Shown: piece by piece, positions 1 to 13,810 of the stretch
How the letters are laid out: each line of letters starts with the position of its first letter
How positions within the stretch are numbered: the first letter of the stretch is position 1
Assembly (NCBI GenBank): GCA_043228905.1
Contig: JBHGNT010000300.1
Coordinates: 1-37,379 of the forward strand
From: Azolla caroliniana
Taxonomy: Eukaryota; Plantae; Polypodiophyta
Length of the DNA stretch: 37,379 nucleotides
Direction of reading: 5' to 3'
Position numbers and translations under genes: made by a program
The notes under the pieces: generated by a model
Databases searched by the model: none
Told to the model about the DNA's origin: nothing
Seen by the model: only the letters and a program-made list of their open reading frames with translations

Positions 1-1003
1 ATCAGAGATTTTAGATGAAATGGAAAAGAATCACGATAGTGAAGACTAGAGATATTCATTATTGTTATATCTCCTCTCTACAGTAATTTCTATATCTAGA
101 TTAGTGCTAATCATACTATTGTTGTCTTTTTCACCCCTTGGAAACTTGTTTTGAATTATTGGCTCTTATACATGATCTACTCTTTGTATCCCACCTATGC
201 CTCTATATTGCATCTGCAAGATTTTTCTAACCTTTATAAAGAACGAACTATCCGCCCTGACGCTTGAAACACACATATAATGTCATTAAGACATGCACTT
301 CCTGTGTAATTTTGCACTATTAATATTAACCTTCATAGAAAGCCTGATACAGTGGTGACTACAATTCAGATGAACTATTTGCAAAGTGCTCCCATAGACT
401 TCTTACACAAATATAACTTTCAGATCTTAGAAATATTCATATTCAGCCTTATAAAACATGATACAGATACAGAAGTCACTAATATCCATGGGGTGTACTC
501 GGAGTGTGCTGCCATGGGCTTCTTACTCAAATCAGACACTCAGAGAACCATCAACCCAAATTCTACGCATATCCAAAATTTCATAAAGATATGAGAAAAA
601 CAACCTCAGTCATACAAAAGCATTATACAAGTCAGCTAGGATTTTTTACATCGTCAATTCACTTTCAAACAACTTTAGATTTCCCTGTTGGGAACTGTTC
701 CATGCTGATACTAGCAGATCAAATTCAAGAGTAAAAATACTTAAATGATTTTGCAGCATTAGATCACAGATGCTGGTTCTGAAAAAATAACTACACACAT
801 TCCACTCATCTAATCTTATTTTCAAGGACAAGATTAGCAATTACACATGGTACAATGTATTTCATTCACATGAAGCCATTAAGCTCATGCAACATATAGG
901 ACTTCAAAGAATACCATCAAGGTAACATGCTGTACGGCAGTATCATTAAATGATTGCGATAAGAGAAAACTTGCACGTGGTAAGCACATGAAATCCAGCC
1001 TCA

Positions 1004-4000
1004 TCATCTCCCTTGATATCGTGGTGTTTGACCAGGAGGAGGATACTGCGATAAGTTCATAGGAGGTTGTGCACCAAGCAGACTGTCTGAACGGTTGACG
1101 CCGACAATGTGGTCACGTGGTGGATTAGGAATGAGAGAATGATAGTTTGATGAGTATTGTGGAACTGTAATTGGCCAATCTCCACCACGATGTGAAAGGC
1201 TTTGATTCTGCTGTGGTAACACACTTCCAGCATTGTAATGGCTTCTGTAACCATCCACTTGCCCTCTGTACATGTCCCCGATTGGCAGTTCCAAATAATT
1301 ATCGTTACAGCTTAAGGTTCCTCTCCTTTCAGGTACAACCTTAGTAGATAGTCCACTAATTGGATCATACTCGTGGCCATAATGTCCTCTCAGATACACA
1401 TCATCCCTTCTACCAGACCTTCGTGAAGGATTTTCAATACCTCTTCTCTGTCCATCAATTGACTGGGCATTGAATGTCTCATGCCTCATCGCATCCTGAT
1501 CAAAATAGCTCAAGTTGACTGGCTCCAGAACCTCGTGGGAATATCTTCGGCCAGGTGAAATTTGTCTACGACTTTTTCTTCCGGTGGTTTTCATATAATC
1601 TCTATCTTGATCAATCTGTGCATCTCTGCTCGAGTACATGTCAAGGTCCACTACAGAACTCAAGTTATGCCGATGCGATCTCTCAGGTGATGATATCTTT
1701 CTAAACTTGGTAAAGTCTGAGATACACCTATCTTCCCTTTCAGACCTGTCTGCAGTCCACCTCCTAGTTTCATGTCTGCCATGCCTATTGGGTGATATTC
1801 TTCCACACAATACACCATCGTTTTTGGGCTGATGCCTTACAGATGATTTCCTGTCAAAATTTGGCAGCAAGCCCTGGTTTGAGCTACCTTCCCTGTCAAG
1901 CCTATCACTTGACTTCCTTCCCTCCAAGGAAATATCATGCCTAGAGTTTAAACTCAGTCTTGCTTTCTCTGTTGGCTCCTGCCAAGAACTCAGCCTCTTA
2001 CCATCAACCTTTCTAGCATGAAGATCCTCCTCTTCAGATGCCTTCTGCTTAGATGATTCTTCTTTCCTATTTTCTTTGGAAAGGCAAATCATATGCGTAA
2101 CTTCTTGACCTGCAATTGGTAGGTGTTCAACTGTTTTTCTTATCTCTGGCAATGACAACTTGTCTGAGGCATCGTTAGAGATAGGCTTGTTCATTGATGT
2201 CACTTTGAATTTCAGAGTGTCTTTATTAGCAACGTCATCAAGATTACCTGGTAGAAGAAATTTGGTACCAACTTTCTGTGTGTCCATCAACTTAGAAGAT
2301 GAGGTTCTTCCAATAACATTGAACGTCAGTGCTTCTCCATTAGCTACAGCATTTGAATCACTTCGTCGGTGAAATTTACTATCCACTCTGTTCATGTCCT
2401 TTACCTTAGACAAACTTCTACGACTTATCTTCTGAGAATTTTCTTGTGCAGCATGCAAATTGGTGAATGTTTTGCTTTTTTCGTCCGAAACACTTTCCAC
2501 TATCTTCCCTCCCGTTTTATTCTTCTTCTCTATTAAGAAATCTGGAATTGATAAGGGAGAACGAGGCTGTTGGCGTGGTATGGAAGGCATCCCAATAAAC
2601 CGTGTATCTGATTCTGTTGAGATGTGACCTTTCTCCAAAGCTACTTGACGGTGTCTGGATACCCAATCAGGTCTACTCCACAAATACAGGGGTGGGGCAA
2701 CAGCATTCCAATCAGTCAACGGGTTTTCATCAACATCTATAGAGCCAGGCAAATAGAATGACTGCAAGCAACAATTTGGATCAGTTGGTTTCATTAGAAA
2801 TATGACATTGTGTGAACAAAACCTGATACAAATTATTGTCTTTGAGCTAACCTTTCCTTGTAAGAGGTCAGGGTCTTCCCATACCAAGTCATATTTCTCA
2901 GGTTTCCGATCCAGCCTGCAAAGTGACTATATAGCATTGTAGTAAAACCATATTATGTGTGATGGGTCATTATAAAAAAATGAGGGTTTAGGGTTTAGAA
3001 TTGTAAGCCCTATTATTCAATAACCATGAATACTTGTGGCAAACATGTATAATTGCATTCAAGAAACATCATTGAAAAGTAGCTTGGAACTTTTAATCAT
3101 TACAAGAAATGATTGTACCTCCAAGGGCATCAGACAGCTACTGCATAGGTAACATAATGCAAAATTTTCATGAACTAAAGAAAACTTTGCCAAAATGATT
3201 TATTTTCCAATACCAGAATAGAAATCTGCATCTGGTAAATGAAATTTCACCTTGCTTCCTAGACACCTATTGTGTCCATTTTGCGGCTATATTGGAGTCT
3301 AAAAGTACTTATAACTTGGATAGTAAGGGTTATGAGGAGGTCCAAACAACAAGATCCATTTGTGTATGGGAAGAAATTTCCACTTAACAGAAATTGGATG
3401 TACCTTTCAGTTTCCTTGGGAACAATGAATACCAGAAGCTTTGGTTTAAACTTCAACGCGTGATTTATAAATTGGTTCGCAAGTGCTCCTCTTACTCCAA
3501 AAGGAGGATTCAATCCCATTATCTGCAATATATTTAAAAAACTACTAAGCATTAAGCAGAAAGCTAGCACTAGTTCATCATTATTGCTCATAAGGAGAAC
3601 TCACAAGCCTGCTTCCATCAATCAAGTCCTCTGGCTTCACTTTAAACCAATCCTTCTTTGTGAAATTGAAGTCATTCTGCAACTTTAGTTTGTAAGTGGG
3701 CAACTTGCCATGGTGTAAATGTTAGATTGTCATCTCTAATTCCATTATTCTCTAAGTTTTTGTTTAACTCCATATTTCATGAAACCTCATTTTTAACTAC
3801 ACAACTATTAGGAGTAATTATGAAACCAAGAACACAGCATTGCATTTAAGCAAATCACATAACATTTACATATTAAAATTTAATGAGTACATGTAAAGCC
3901 TATAACTTTGTTGCTAGTAAAGAGGAATCAACATCATAAAAATAGTCTTTCAGGAATAGAAAGAGAAAAAAGTGAAATCATTAACAGAACTATTAGAGAC

Positions 4001-7000
4001 ATGTACACACCCCATGACTAAGTGAAGTAACTAATGAGGATGAAATGAAGAGCTTGGAAAGCAAACCGCACCATGGAATAGGTGGGTCAATCTTAGGACA
4101 AACTTACTTTCGTCTGAATGGCATCAAAGTTTTTATATTTGCAAATTTTCCCAGATTCTTCCAGTTTTTCCTTCATAAGTAATGAGAATTCATTTGATCC
4201 ACAGCAAAAGTCAACCACCTACAGAATAAAAAAGAATTCAAGAACTTCTAGCATAAAATTGAAATAAACCAGGATAATTAACAGTACAGTATGTAATGGA
4301 TAAAAAGAGACAATTTGCACTCTTCTGCAATTGCCTTGAACACTTCCCAAAAGAAAAATATCATCATGTACAGTGTACCATTGTACTTAATCATCTTTTG
4401 TAATGTATAAGTGTTCTTGCAAGGAAACTGTGACATAACAAAGACCTACACATATATCAGATTCTCAGTTCTTTTGTATTCTCAATTCAAGTTACAAATT
4501 GTGACATAACAAAGATCTTTTGTATTCTCAGTTCAAACTACAGATCAGATTTATATTTTGCAACCCTGTTAAGAATGAACTGTATAAAGAAGATCTTTAA
4601 GTGGAGAACTAGCAAATAGTAGCTCAGTTCAGAAAGATAAGATAATGCTTTACCATATCACCTTCATCAACATATGCATGTAGCCTGTCAGCAATCTGTA
4701 AATATAAGATACAAAATCACCCAAGGAATTTTTGAAGTGCATTAGATTTCGGTCTGAAGACACAGATTAGAGCAAATCAAGAAATCCCACTAAATATGTA
4801 GTAAGTTTTTACATTCATTCTGTCATAATTTTGCACAGGCAATTAAACAAATGATAATGTATAACACACATTGATGAAGAAAGCATGAAACTGCAAACAG
4901 AAAAATATTAAAAATATACATATTACACCAAGACACACATTCGAACTCAAATTTAATTTAGTTAACTTTACACTTAGTAGACCACAAACAATTCAATCGC
5001 ACTTTAAGTACATTATCACATGCAGAGAGTGCATATATTTACAAGGGCACCAGCACAAATTAAGAATGGAAAAATACCAGGCACATGGCCAAATGCTAAT
5101 ATACTAAATACACTGAAATACCAACAATGTATGAACGCGGATGAAAAAGGCATGAATCTGCAGAGAACGAAATAATGCAAACCTGTTCAAGTTTGTCAGT
5201 TTTTGTAAAGTGTCGACCATAGGAAGTATACCTTGCTCCGTAAAGAAATGGGGACAGATAAACTCTCAAATCATTCTGCTCATTCACAAGAAAAACGAAA
5301 TCAACAAGAATACGAAATAATCTCTTAGCTTTTTTCATAACCATGACCATGCAATTCACCAAACAATTTTATTGAATGAACAGAAGCAACAAATAGCATA
5401 TCTGAAAGTCAGCCACCAAAAATGTTCACTAAATGGTATTTTATGAAGCTTTCAACATGTTTCTCAGCTATTATTTTTATTGGGTTTGGTTTAGATGTAT
5501 AATAGAAGGAATCGGGGAATTCAATTCAAGTAACAGTCCTATTGACATCCTCAAGCTAATGGAATTTTTGCATCATTCACGATGTTATTTAATATTTCTA
5601 GCATTGTCAGTTTAGTGCAATCATTATCTCTAGAAGTTATCCACCTTACAAACTTTGAATGGTATACTCTTTAAACCATACCCTGCAACATTCCAGATAT
5701 TTGATGAAGTGAGGAGAGCATTTCATTTTTGCATCCTCTATGCTACCACCATTCTCAAGGATCTCTAAAGCTTTGCGCATACCCTGCAACAAACGAATAC
5801 CAGAACATTTGTGGAGTTAGGAGCTTATTGATGTGGTGGCATCAAATAAAGCTGGAAGTTACCTTGGTTATGGACTCGATTTTGACCAAAGAATATTTTC
5901 TATCAGCATTTTGAGAGTTTAAACGCCTATAGTTGATAGGCACTTCATACTTATTTAGAACACTCTCAATTGTCACCACAGCTTTTGCTTTTCCAATGAT
6001 GCTATCCACCCTATTTAAAATAAACTATTAGCTAGGGCACATGGAGTCTTGACTAGAACTACAGTTTATATAGTTTTTTACGTACACACTCTGTATTTCA
6101 CTGCCGATTATAATTGATTTTCGGAAAGTGGGTGGTTTTCTTTTTCGCAGATGCTGATGCAAAGTTGCCTCATTTGTAGATTTACAAGAACCATCTAATC
6201 CAGTTTTACTTTTTCTTTGCATTGCGCTTACACCAGATTCATGTAAATTGTCATCTTGATTTGTAGGGAAACCTAGTCCTTTTAACACAAAAACAGTTTG
6301 TGGTCCCTTCATCAGTTTCTTCTCTGCTGAAGTAGCATCACCCTCTGATGTCTTTGATACTTTCCTTTCAACTGTGGGCTTCAAGTTATCTTGACTTCTC
6401 TTCAGTGAAACTATCTTGCTCAGTTTTACTTCGGTCTCCAGCTGCTCTAATTTATTTTTTCCTAGTGTTCTTTTAGGTGTGGACTTGTAGCTTGCAGGAA
6501 ATTTCACATGAGATCTTTCAGGCGTACCAAGTGTAGAAATTATAGGGTGCCGGCTGTCAAATATATAAAATCCAAAATATAGAACCAAAAGATATAAAGT
6601 CAGAGATAATCAAAGCTTCAAAAGCTTTCCATGCAGGGATCTTCTTACAATGATGCCTTACGATCTCTCTTAATAATTACATAACTGAATTCACATCATA
6701 ATCAGAAGTGCACAACCGAATGGGAATGAGAAAAATGGGGCCCACAAATAGTGACAAGGTTCCACGACACAATCAACTGTTGACAAATGAGATAATTACA
6801 GCAAAGGGTATAACTATAAATCAGATAGTGACAATGCTTTATATTAGGACTACTCGATTTTGTTAAATGAACTGTTTAGTCTGTTTTGTCAATAGAGCTT
6901 GGAATATGTGTGGTATATGCTTATCTTACTAAAAGACAACTTTAAAAAACATGAATGCTTACTTGCAATATATAAGAATTCTATTAAGCAAAAGGCCATC

Positions 7001-10000
7001 CCAAGCTCTTGTAGGCTCATCTTCTCCTCTTTCATCATCACTTTCATTATCAAATAGAATTGAACTGCAAAACATAGCATGACAGTCAAAATAGAACATT
7101 ATCATGCCAGTAGATTATTTATAGACTATAATATTTATTAAAAACTTACGAAGGCAGACATGCACGATGCCAAACCCTTGGGCATCTTCGGCAAATGCCA
7201 AATTGTAAGTCTCTCTCTTCCTTCTCCCCTATTCCACATTTCCAACACATATGCATGGAGCAACTAAACCCTTCTCCTTTTTTTATGGATTCAGCCAGAG
7301 CAATTTGTTCACTTTTATCATGATCTCGTAGAGTAATTTCAGCAATGCACATAGGATGGTAAAAACGACCACACATAGCAGTTTCACAAAGAAATACCTG
7401 CAAAAGGTAGTCCACTCTCATCTTTAATTTTAGATATAAAGATGTATTTAAACATATCTTTAAAGACTGGATTAAATTATTTGAATACAATAAAAAGACT
7501 CTAGTGTGGCTGAAATGTGAATGAGATGGCTATCCTTATAGAAATATCAATATTGTTAACTTTCTGAAGCTGTGAACTCCCATACAATGATCCCTCATAA
7601 AGGAGTTCTTGATCACCTTTGAAAGAACGATACCTCTTGAGCAGCACCAATGGTCTCATGAGAGCATCCAAGTTCCCCACATGCATTGCATTGATGTACT
7701 TTTGCTTCACAATTTGGACAGTAGAATTTATCCATCCTCTATAAAGTAAAGGAGACGTTACTATTTTTTTTCCAAACAAAAAGAAACACTGCCAACACAC
7801 AACATTCTTCTGATAATTCAAGATGTAAGATGGCATGCCAATAACTCCTTACAAACCTGAACTTTAGATTTGCTAAAACCCAATGTTGAGCAACTAACAT
7901 CTTCAGCTCCTTGAGCATCTTTGTGCACATGGAATGACCTCATACATGGACCATCACAGCTGCAGTCCACCAAAAAAAGGAAGATAAAAAATAGCTTTAA
8001 AGTAAGATATCACATCTGGTATTTCTAGCCAGTAAAGAGGGGAATGCAAGCATAGATGCACATTCATGCATTTTACCTAGTAACTTCACCACCATTATCA
8101 CAAATACAGCAAACAGTTTCAGAAAGATCCCCAGTTTGATCTACATCTACATCTTCTCCATTTCCATTTTGATCTACATCCGCATCTTCTCCATTTCCAG
8201 TCTGATATACATCTGCATCTTCTCCAAAAGTATCCATTTCCTCATCAGACTCTTCTACAGCTTCCCCAAAACCACCAATTTCCTCATCAGACTGTAGACA
8301 TCCCATTTCCAACTTGCATTTTTTGTCCTTGTGATATACCATACCTTCATTATTTCCACCAGAAGTAAACACCTGATTTCTTCTACTTTGCTGATCATCA
8401 TGGTGACAAAAAATGAAACAATAAAACAAGCAAAGAATTAAGCAAGATCATTTAGAATGTTGGAAACATGGTAGCAGCAAATAGATTACAGCAAGAAGAT
8501 AAATCAACTAGATCAAAATGTAGACCCCTTAAGTACATATGTCAGAACAATACCGGGAAAATTTTGTAGAATCAATGTGAGATGCAGAATGAGACCAGGA
8601 TTCAAAATCTGATGAATCAGTTTGTCGTGGAGAAAGAATGGGAAAAGAAGAGTTCGCAGTGTTTATCATGCAGATAAACTATCTACTGGACCAATAGGCC
8701 ACCCCTGTGTCTGATCCTAGTCTCTGATAGACAGGTGCTGAATCATGTAGTGGGGACCATAGAATGAAAAAAAGCTATATTAGAGGCCAAAATGGCCAAT
8801 AAGACCGAAGAAGAGATTACATCTTAAAATGCTGACTTGTTTTTGAGAGTTACAAACCTAAATAAATATAACTAAATATAGGCTCCCAAAGAATGTAGTT
8901 ATCTAAACAGTTGAGATCTTTTAGATAGATAGGAACTCCTACCATTGAGAAATCTCCAACATGGGACAGTCCAAAATGAGATGACAAGGGCTATCTCCAA
9001 AAATCCATAAGGGCTTATGGGAGCTAACAATATTTACAATTCTATGCAATGCAAAAGTTACATGAATTATTTGGAGAAAGACCCCAGCTCACTACAATTA
9101 TTAATATTCAAATAAACACATTTTACCAATCCAACCAACATATTCTTTCACTGCTGCTTCCACAAATCCAACTCTTGGTTTTGCCTCTCTTCATCTCAAA
9201 TACTGCCGTTTTAATGCATTTATTTTAAACACATTACTTGATATAAGATCGAAAATACAGACCTCATTTGTAGCTGGCATTAATGCCTTTGTCGACAATC
9301 CTAGATCAATAGACCGCAGCACCTGAGTACTCACAATATTGGTAAAATATGGATATACTTTAAATATCAAATAAAGATGAAATTGGTTAACTACCGTGGA
9401 GGTAGCCAAGCGCCTATTTGAAGAGATAAGATGTTGTATGACGGGCAAATGTGAAAGCAACTCATCGCGGCTCAGTTCCATTTCCAAAGAACTGCCAATC
9501 AAACCATATCTTAGCTATGTATATGACAAATTTTACTTTAGATTAATCAGATGGAAATATCCAGGTAGATGCATTAACCATATAGACACTTACGGGAACA
9601 ATTCTTGCACATGCTCCCAAGCACCTTTATCCGAAGCATCAGGGTAGACAAGAGCAAAATTGAGGAAGTGAGCAACAATTAATATGCTTTGAATCGTTTC
9701 CTCATAGCTCTTACAAGGTTTTAGCAACGTGATCCTGAAATAAAATTAACATGCCTCAATGACATCCGAAATATGATCTCTGCAAGTAAAAACTTGAAGC
9801 TAGGCTTATGAGAATATGGTCGTTTAACATAGCATGTCTATCAATAGGCTTACCAGAAATGGCCTTCTCATAGCATGTTTCTCAATCAACTTATTAGCAT
9901 TGGTCATTCAACATAGCATGTCTTCATCACACTAGTAATATAGTCTTTCAAAAATAATGAGAAAGGGCCATCGTAAAATAAAATGAGAATAACAAAAGAT

Positions 10001-13000
10001 AAAAGATAAAAGATAAATGTCTTTCTGCGCTAGTTTTGAAAACTAAATGGAACTCAAATCACTGCCCTCTAAAAATAATCATGATGGATGATCCAATATT
10101 GAAATGTCCTAGCAAGACGGTGTCCCTGCTGCCATGTGATGATGGCTTTGATTGTATGAAGACATGTACATTCCAGCTGTGATCCCAGGATAGTGTTGTC
10201 ATTACTTGTCTGTGAATCCAACTTAGCTGGGATCTTTGCTTGTGGAGTGTCCTTAGTAGTATCCATGCCAAGACAAAGTTCCCTGCTTTGGTGGATGGGT
10301 GAGTATTGAGCACTTCCTCTCCTCATGTCTACAAACATCCCAACCAAAATGAATTCATGGCTCAGCAGTCAAGCCCAATATAGTTATTTCTCTTTGTAGT
10401 TGACGCCACTGATGCCAACTGGAGCCATAACTCTAATGTGCATATTTTCACAGACCATCATCACACAGCATCAAAGATACCCTCTTCATCCTAACAATCT
10501 TTTCATACAATATTACCCCAATATGTTAGCCGGTCGGCTACCCGGAGTCGGACAAATGTGAAAAGGAATCGGAGTTGGAGTCGAAGTTGAAGAGTATGAA
10601 CAGTGATCGGAAATCGTATGAATATGAAAGGACAGAATTTAAATATAATATAATTTTGCCAAGTATAAAAAATATAGTAATAGGACAGTTTTGTATAACT
10701 GTAGGTTCTTGCCGAACAAGGCAAGTGTAAATCTTGGAGAGAGACTCTCAGGTCACCTATAAAAAGGAACCGAGAGCATTGTATTGGTATCGGTCTATTT
10801 TGATTAATATAAGTTTTGGTAGTTACGAGTATCTGCTGTGTCGACAACTCTGTGTATGTTTCTATCTGTCGTCGTGTCGTATGTTCGAATCCAACCTCTG
10901 CTGCACAGATTATATTATATCTAATAGTTGATCAAGAGCGTATGTTAAATCGTAATAATTAATCTCTGTACAACTATTTTCTGAGTGTAGAACTAGTGTC
11001 GACCAACCCATCTCTCCACCACAATCTTCTTGACCGAATGTTCAACCTATTGTGTCTGTCGGCTACAGCTGTCAGCAGATTAACACATTCCAATGAGCAA
11101 ACACCAAAGCTGATCGTCAGCAATGATTCAGATTACATTCCAAGCCATTCATTGTTAGAAAGTTAATGTACTAAAGACATATTTTCCTTTTATGACTGAT
11201 ATTGATTGGTTACAGAAACAGTTTTAATATGTTGAGCATCGTAGAGTTTAGACCATTATGGTCTCCTTAAATGTCTAACAATATCCGAAAAGCCTTCAGC
11301 ACTAGACCAAATGCTCTACTCATGCAGTGGCTAGAAGCCCTTGGTATCCCTGTAAATATGCAATGGGGAATCTGTGCAGAATTGGAGTAAAACAAGGATG
11401 CCCACTATCATCCACTTTCTTCAGTGTCTATATAGATGATGTATGGTTCAGCAGTTCAGGGGCATGACTAGTGGGTATACCATACAAATATTACTATTAT
11501 GTTGATGATACTGTGTTTATCTCCAATCCTCTAGAGGAACTACAAAGACATGTAAACACCTAAAATCATTTTTTATGGACAAAGGTTTGTTGGTAAACAT
11601 AGATTAAATTAAGGGATGGTGTTTAACATCAGTCAAGCACGGGCAACAAGATCAGAACCAAAATTCTTCTTTGGTGAGGAAAGGGTGGCATATATACACG
11701 ATCCTACACATACCTAGGAGAACAGTCATAGTGCCTAGGTTCTCCTTACAGAAGGCTGCCTGTTCTAGACTTTCTCATGGATTTGCAGCCCTTGGTGCTC
11801 CTGAAAGACAATGTGAACATTTGCAGGTTCAAGTACCAAGAACTAAATTGTGGCTATTTGATGCAATTGTCACACCTATTCTTCTCTATGGAGTAGAAAC
11901 CTGGGGACCTATTTGTAACAGCAAATAACTGGAAATATTTAAGGAGACCTTTAATCTCAATAATTTCCCAAGTTATAAGGAGCAAAATATTGGTGCCCCA
12001 TGATATAATCTGGGCCATTATACGTATTGTAAATGTACATCCTTGTGTATGTCTATAAAAAATCCAATAGAATACATCTTCCTATTCAATCTTTTTCACA
12101 CATTTAAATGGTACCCTTCAGTCTGTAGATGATAGATAAAAGAGGGTTTAAAATCCCTTCCGCTGAGATCATATCCTATGCTAACGTAATTATGAGTGAC
12201 CAACCCAACTTATACATTATATTGGCTTTTAAAACCCTTTATTGTGAATTTTTCCTACAATTCCACAAGAAAGGCAAGAAGGAAGTCTACTATGACGACC
12301 ACATCATCATCAATGGCAAGGCCGTCAAATAGGGATTTGCAGCCTATGAGACAATAGAATCAGAGCTACATATTGGAGTTCGAACCTACAACAGAGCACT
12401 TTGGACACATCCAAGAAGAATGGAAGAGATCATGGCAAAACGAGACATACTCCTCATTATAAAGAAGCATCAGAGCCGAAAGAAAGGTCTTCTTGGGTGG
12501 AGGGAGCACCAGAACATAACTGTCGTTGCTCCTCATGTCTGATCCAATCTATTACACAAGTATCAGGATACAAGGCACATGTGCCATACCAGCAATAGAT
12601 CATGGACATCATTAATTGCATGTCTGATCCACCCAAAGACACCCAGATGCACTCAATGAACTTCATCACAGCTCCAATCAACCTTGAATACTATTATCCA
12701 TATCAACGTACCACTACCAATCCCATTCATAATAATTACGCGTTTCAATGTAAACTATCTCAACGCCTGCATCAAGATCATTATCACATATGTTCACAAA
12801 ACCTAAAGCATTTGATTTTGTATAAATATGGATAACTTGAATTTACCCATCATTTGTCTCATAGGCCAATTTAAGCTTCTAATAAACGTCAATATATCCA
12901 AATTTCGCATTCACAAAGAAAGAAAACAACGAAGAAGACGCAACAAGAAATACCAGTTCTTTTCTGCTTGCAAATAAAAGATGGGTTTCATATCTTCCTT

Positions 13001-13345
13001 CAGCCCAAGCTTCCATGAAAGAGCTTTCAGGTATAGAAACATCCCATTGTTGTTAATTCCTCTCAAATACACAGGTTTCTCTGTATTAGGGTTCCGAAAC
13101 ACATTGTTCTCCATACTAAGCTTTAGAAACCTGTCTTTATCTGTATCATGGTTTTCCTCTTCCTTGAAGTAAGGTAAAGTAGTGAAAGAAACAGGTGTTT
13201 CATCTTCATATTCTAACCAGTAATTTCCAACACTTTCACAATTCACTTCCATGTCATCCTCATCCTCATCTGAAGAAGAATTAGAATTGAGGTCATTTCT
13301 TCCATCACAATTCTGTGTGTTCTCTGCATTTTCGTCTTCAGCCAT
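1004..13345 (-). CDS. EDM2: ENHANCED DOWNY MILDEW 2-like protein (RFTS-like N-terminus, composite PHD fingers, N6-adenine methyltransferase-like domain, long low-complexity C-terminus); 19 coding exons, 1506 aa
   Basis: Manual splice model: complement(join(1004..2761,2852..2915,3404..3522,3605..3676,4108..4218,4654..4695,5183..5275,5682..5783,5863..6010,6086..6553,6963..7064,7150..7397,7634..7738,7857..7959,8077..8372,9263..9322,9395..9491,9594..9734,12954..13345)) = 4521 nt. All introns are GT-AG and phases are consistent. EDM2-type motifs: VCCICDNGGEVTSCDGPCMRSFH, CGRFYHPMC, CRRCPRVWHRACLP, ILIYC..H....LGTP.RSHVKFP, LSPFLYGARYTSYGRHFTK, VVDFCCGSNEFS, IMGLNPPFG, SFYLPGSID...WNAVAPPLYLWSR. 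Confidence 0.93.
10524..11085 (+). mobile_element. Probable solo LTR (562 bp) in EDM2 coding intron 1
   Basis: TGTTAG...TTAACA ends, CpG-richer than its flanks, CCTATAAAAAGG TATA near 10756. Flanks CAATA/CATTC are only a partial TSD match. Confidence 0.6.
11330..12020 (+). mobile_element. Degenerate non-LTR retrotransposon (LINE) reverse transcriptase fragment
   Basis: GVKQGCPLSSTFFSVYID at 11384, YVDD at 11498, and PRTKLWLFDAIVTPILLYGVETWG at ~11835-11910. Contains frameshifts and stops; boundaries approximate. Confidence 0.8.
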
Positions 13346-13810
13346 AGGAAGACACACAGGATAGACGACAGAGCCTGAAAAAGAAAACAGATGAATGGGG
13401 AGAGGAAGAGAACCCTAATTCAAAGAAAGGGGATGAAGCACGATTTGAATTGAGAAGAAATGGTGGAGATTTTAGATCAATATGGACGACATCAGGTGAA
13501 AATTGCCCACCATGGTAGACGATATTCCCTCAGAACGGATGAATCAAATGATTACTCGTCAATCTAATGAAATATATCCCTGCAATTTTTGGCAGTAGCC
13601 GTGTAATTTACAACATGTGCGTTTAAGCTTGGGTTCTAAACCCTTACTATTTGAATGAAACATAATAATGCTTAATAATGGAGTAATTGTGCCAACATCA
13701 TAATTAAAGCGTTGATCTGATTTGATACCATAATAATCTGCTAAGTTAGCATGATAATCCGATGTGTTTGCATGATTATATAGTTTTGATTCACTCGAGC
13801 TAGATCCTAA

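Noticed and set aside
352-840. Short ORFs downstream of EDM2
   Set aside because: AT-rich with no recognisable motifs; likely 3'UTR or intergenic sequence.
1004-2887. 627-aa ORF as a stand-alone gene
   Set aside because: It is the last two exons of the EDM2-like gene plus an in-frame intron, and its listed start is not an ATG.
10059-10500. Possible LINE endonuclease fragment (TVLLGHFN resembling GDFN)
   Set aside because: A single weak motif that cannot be supported without a profile search.
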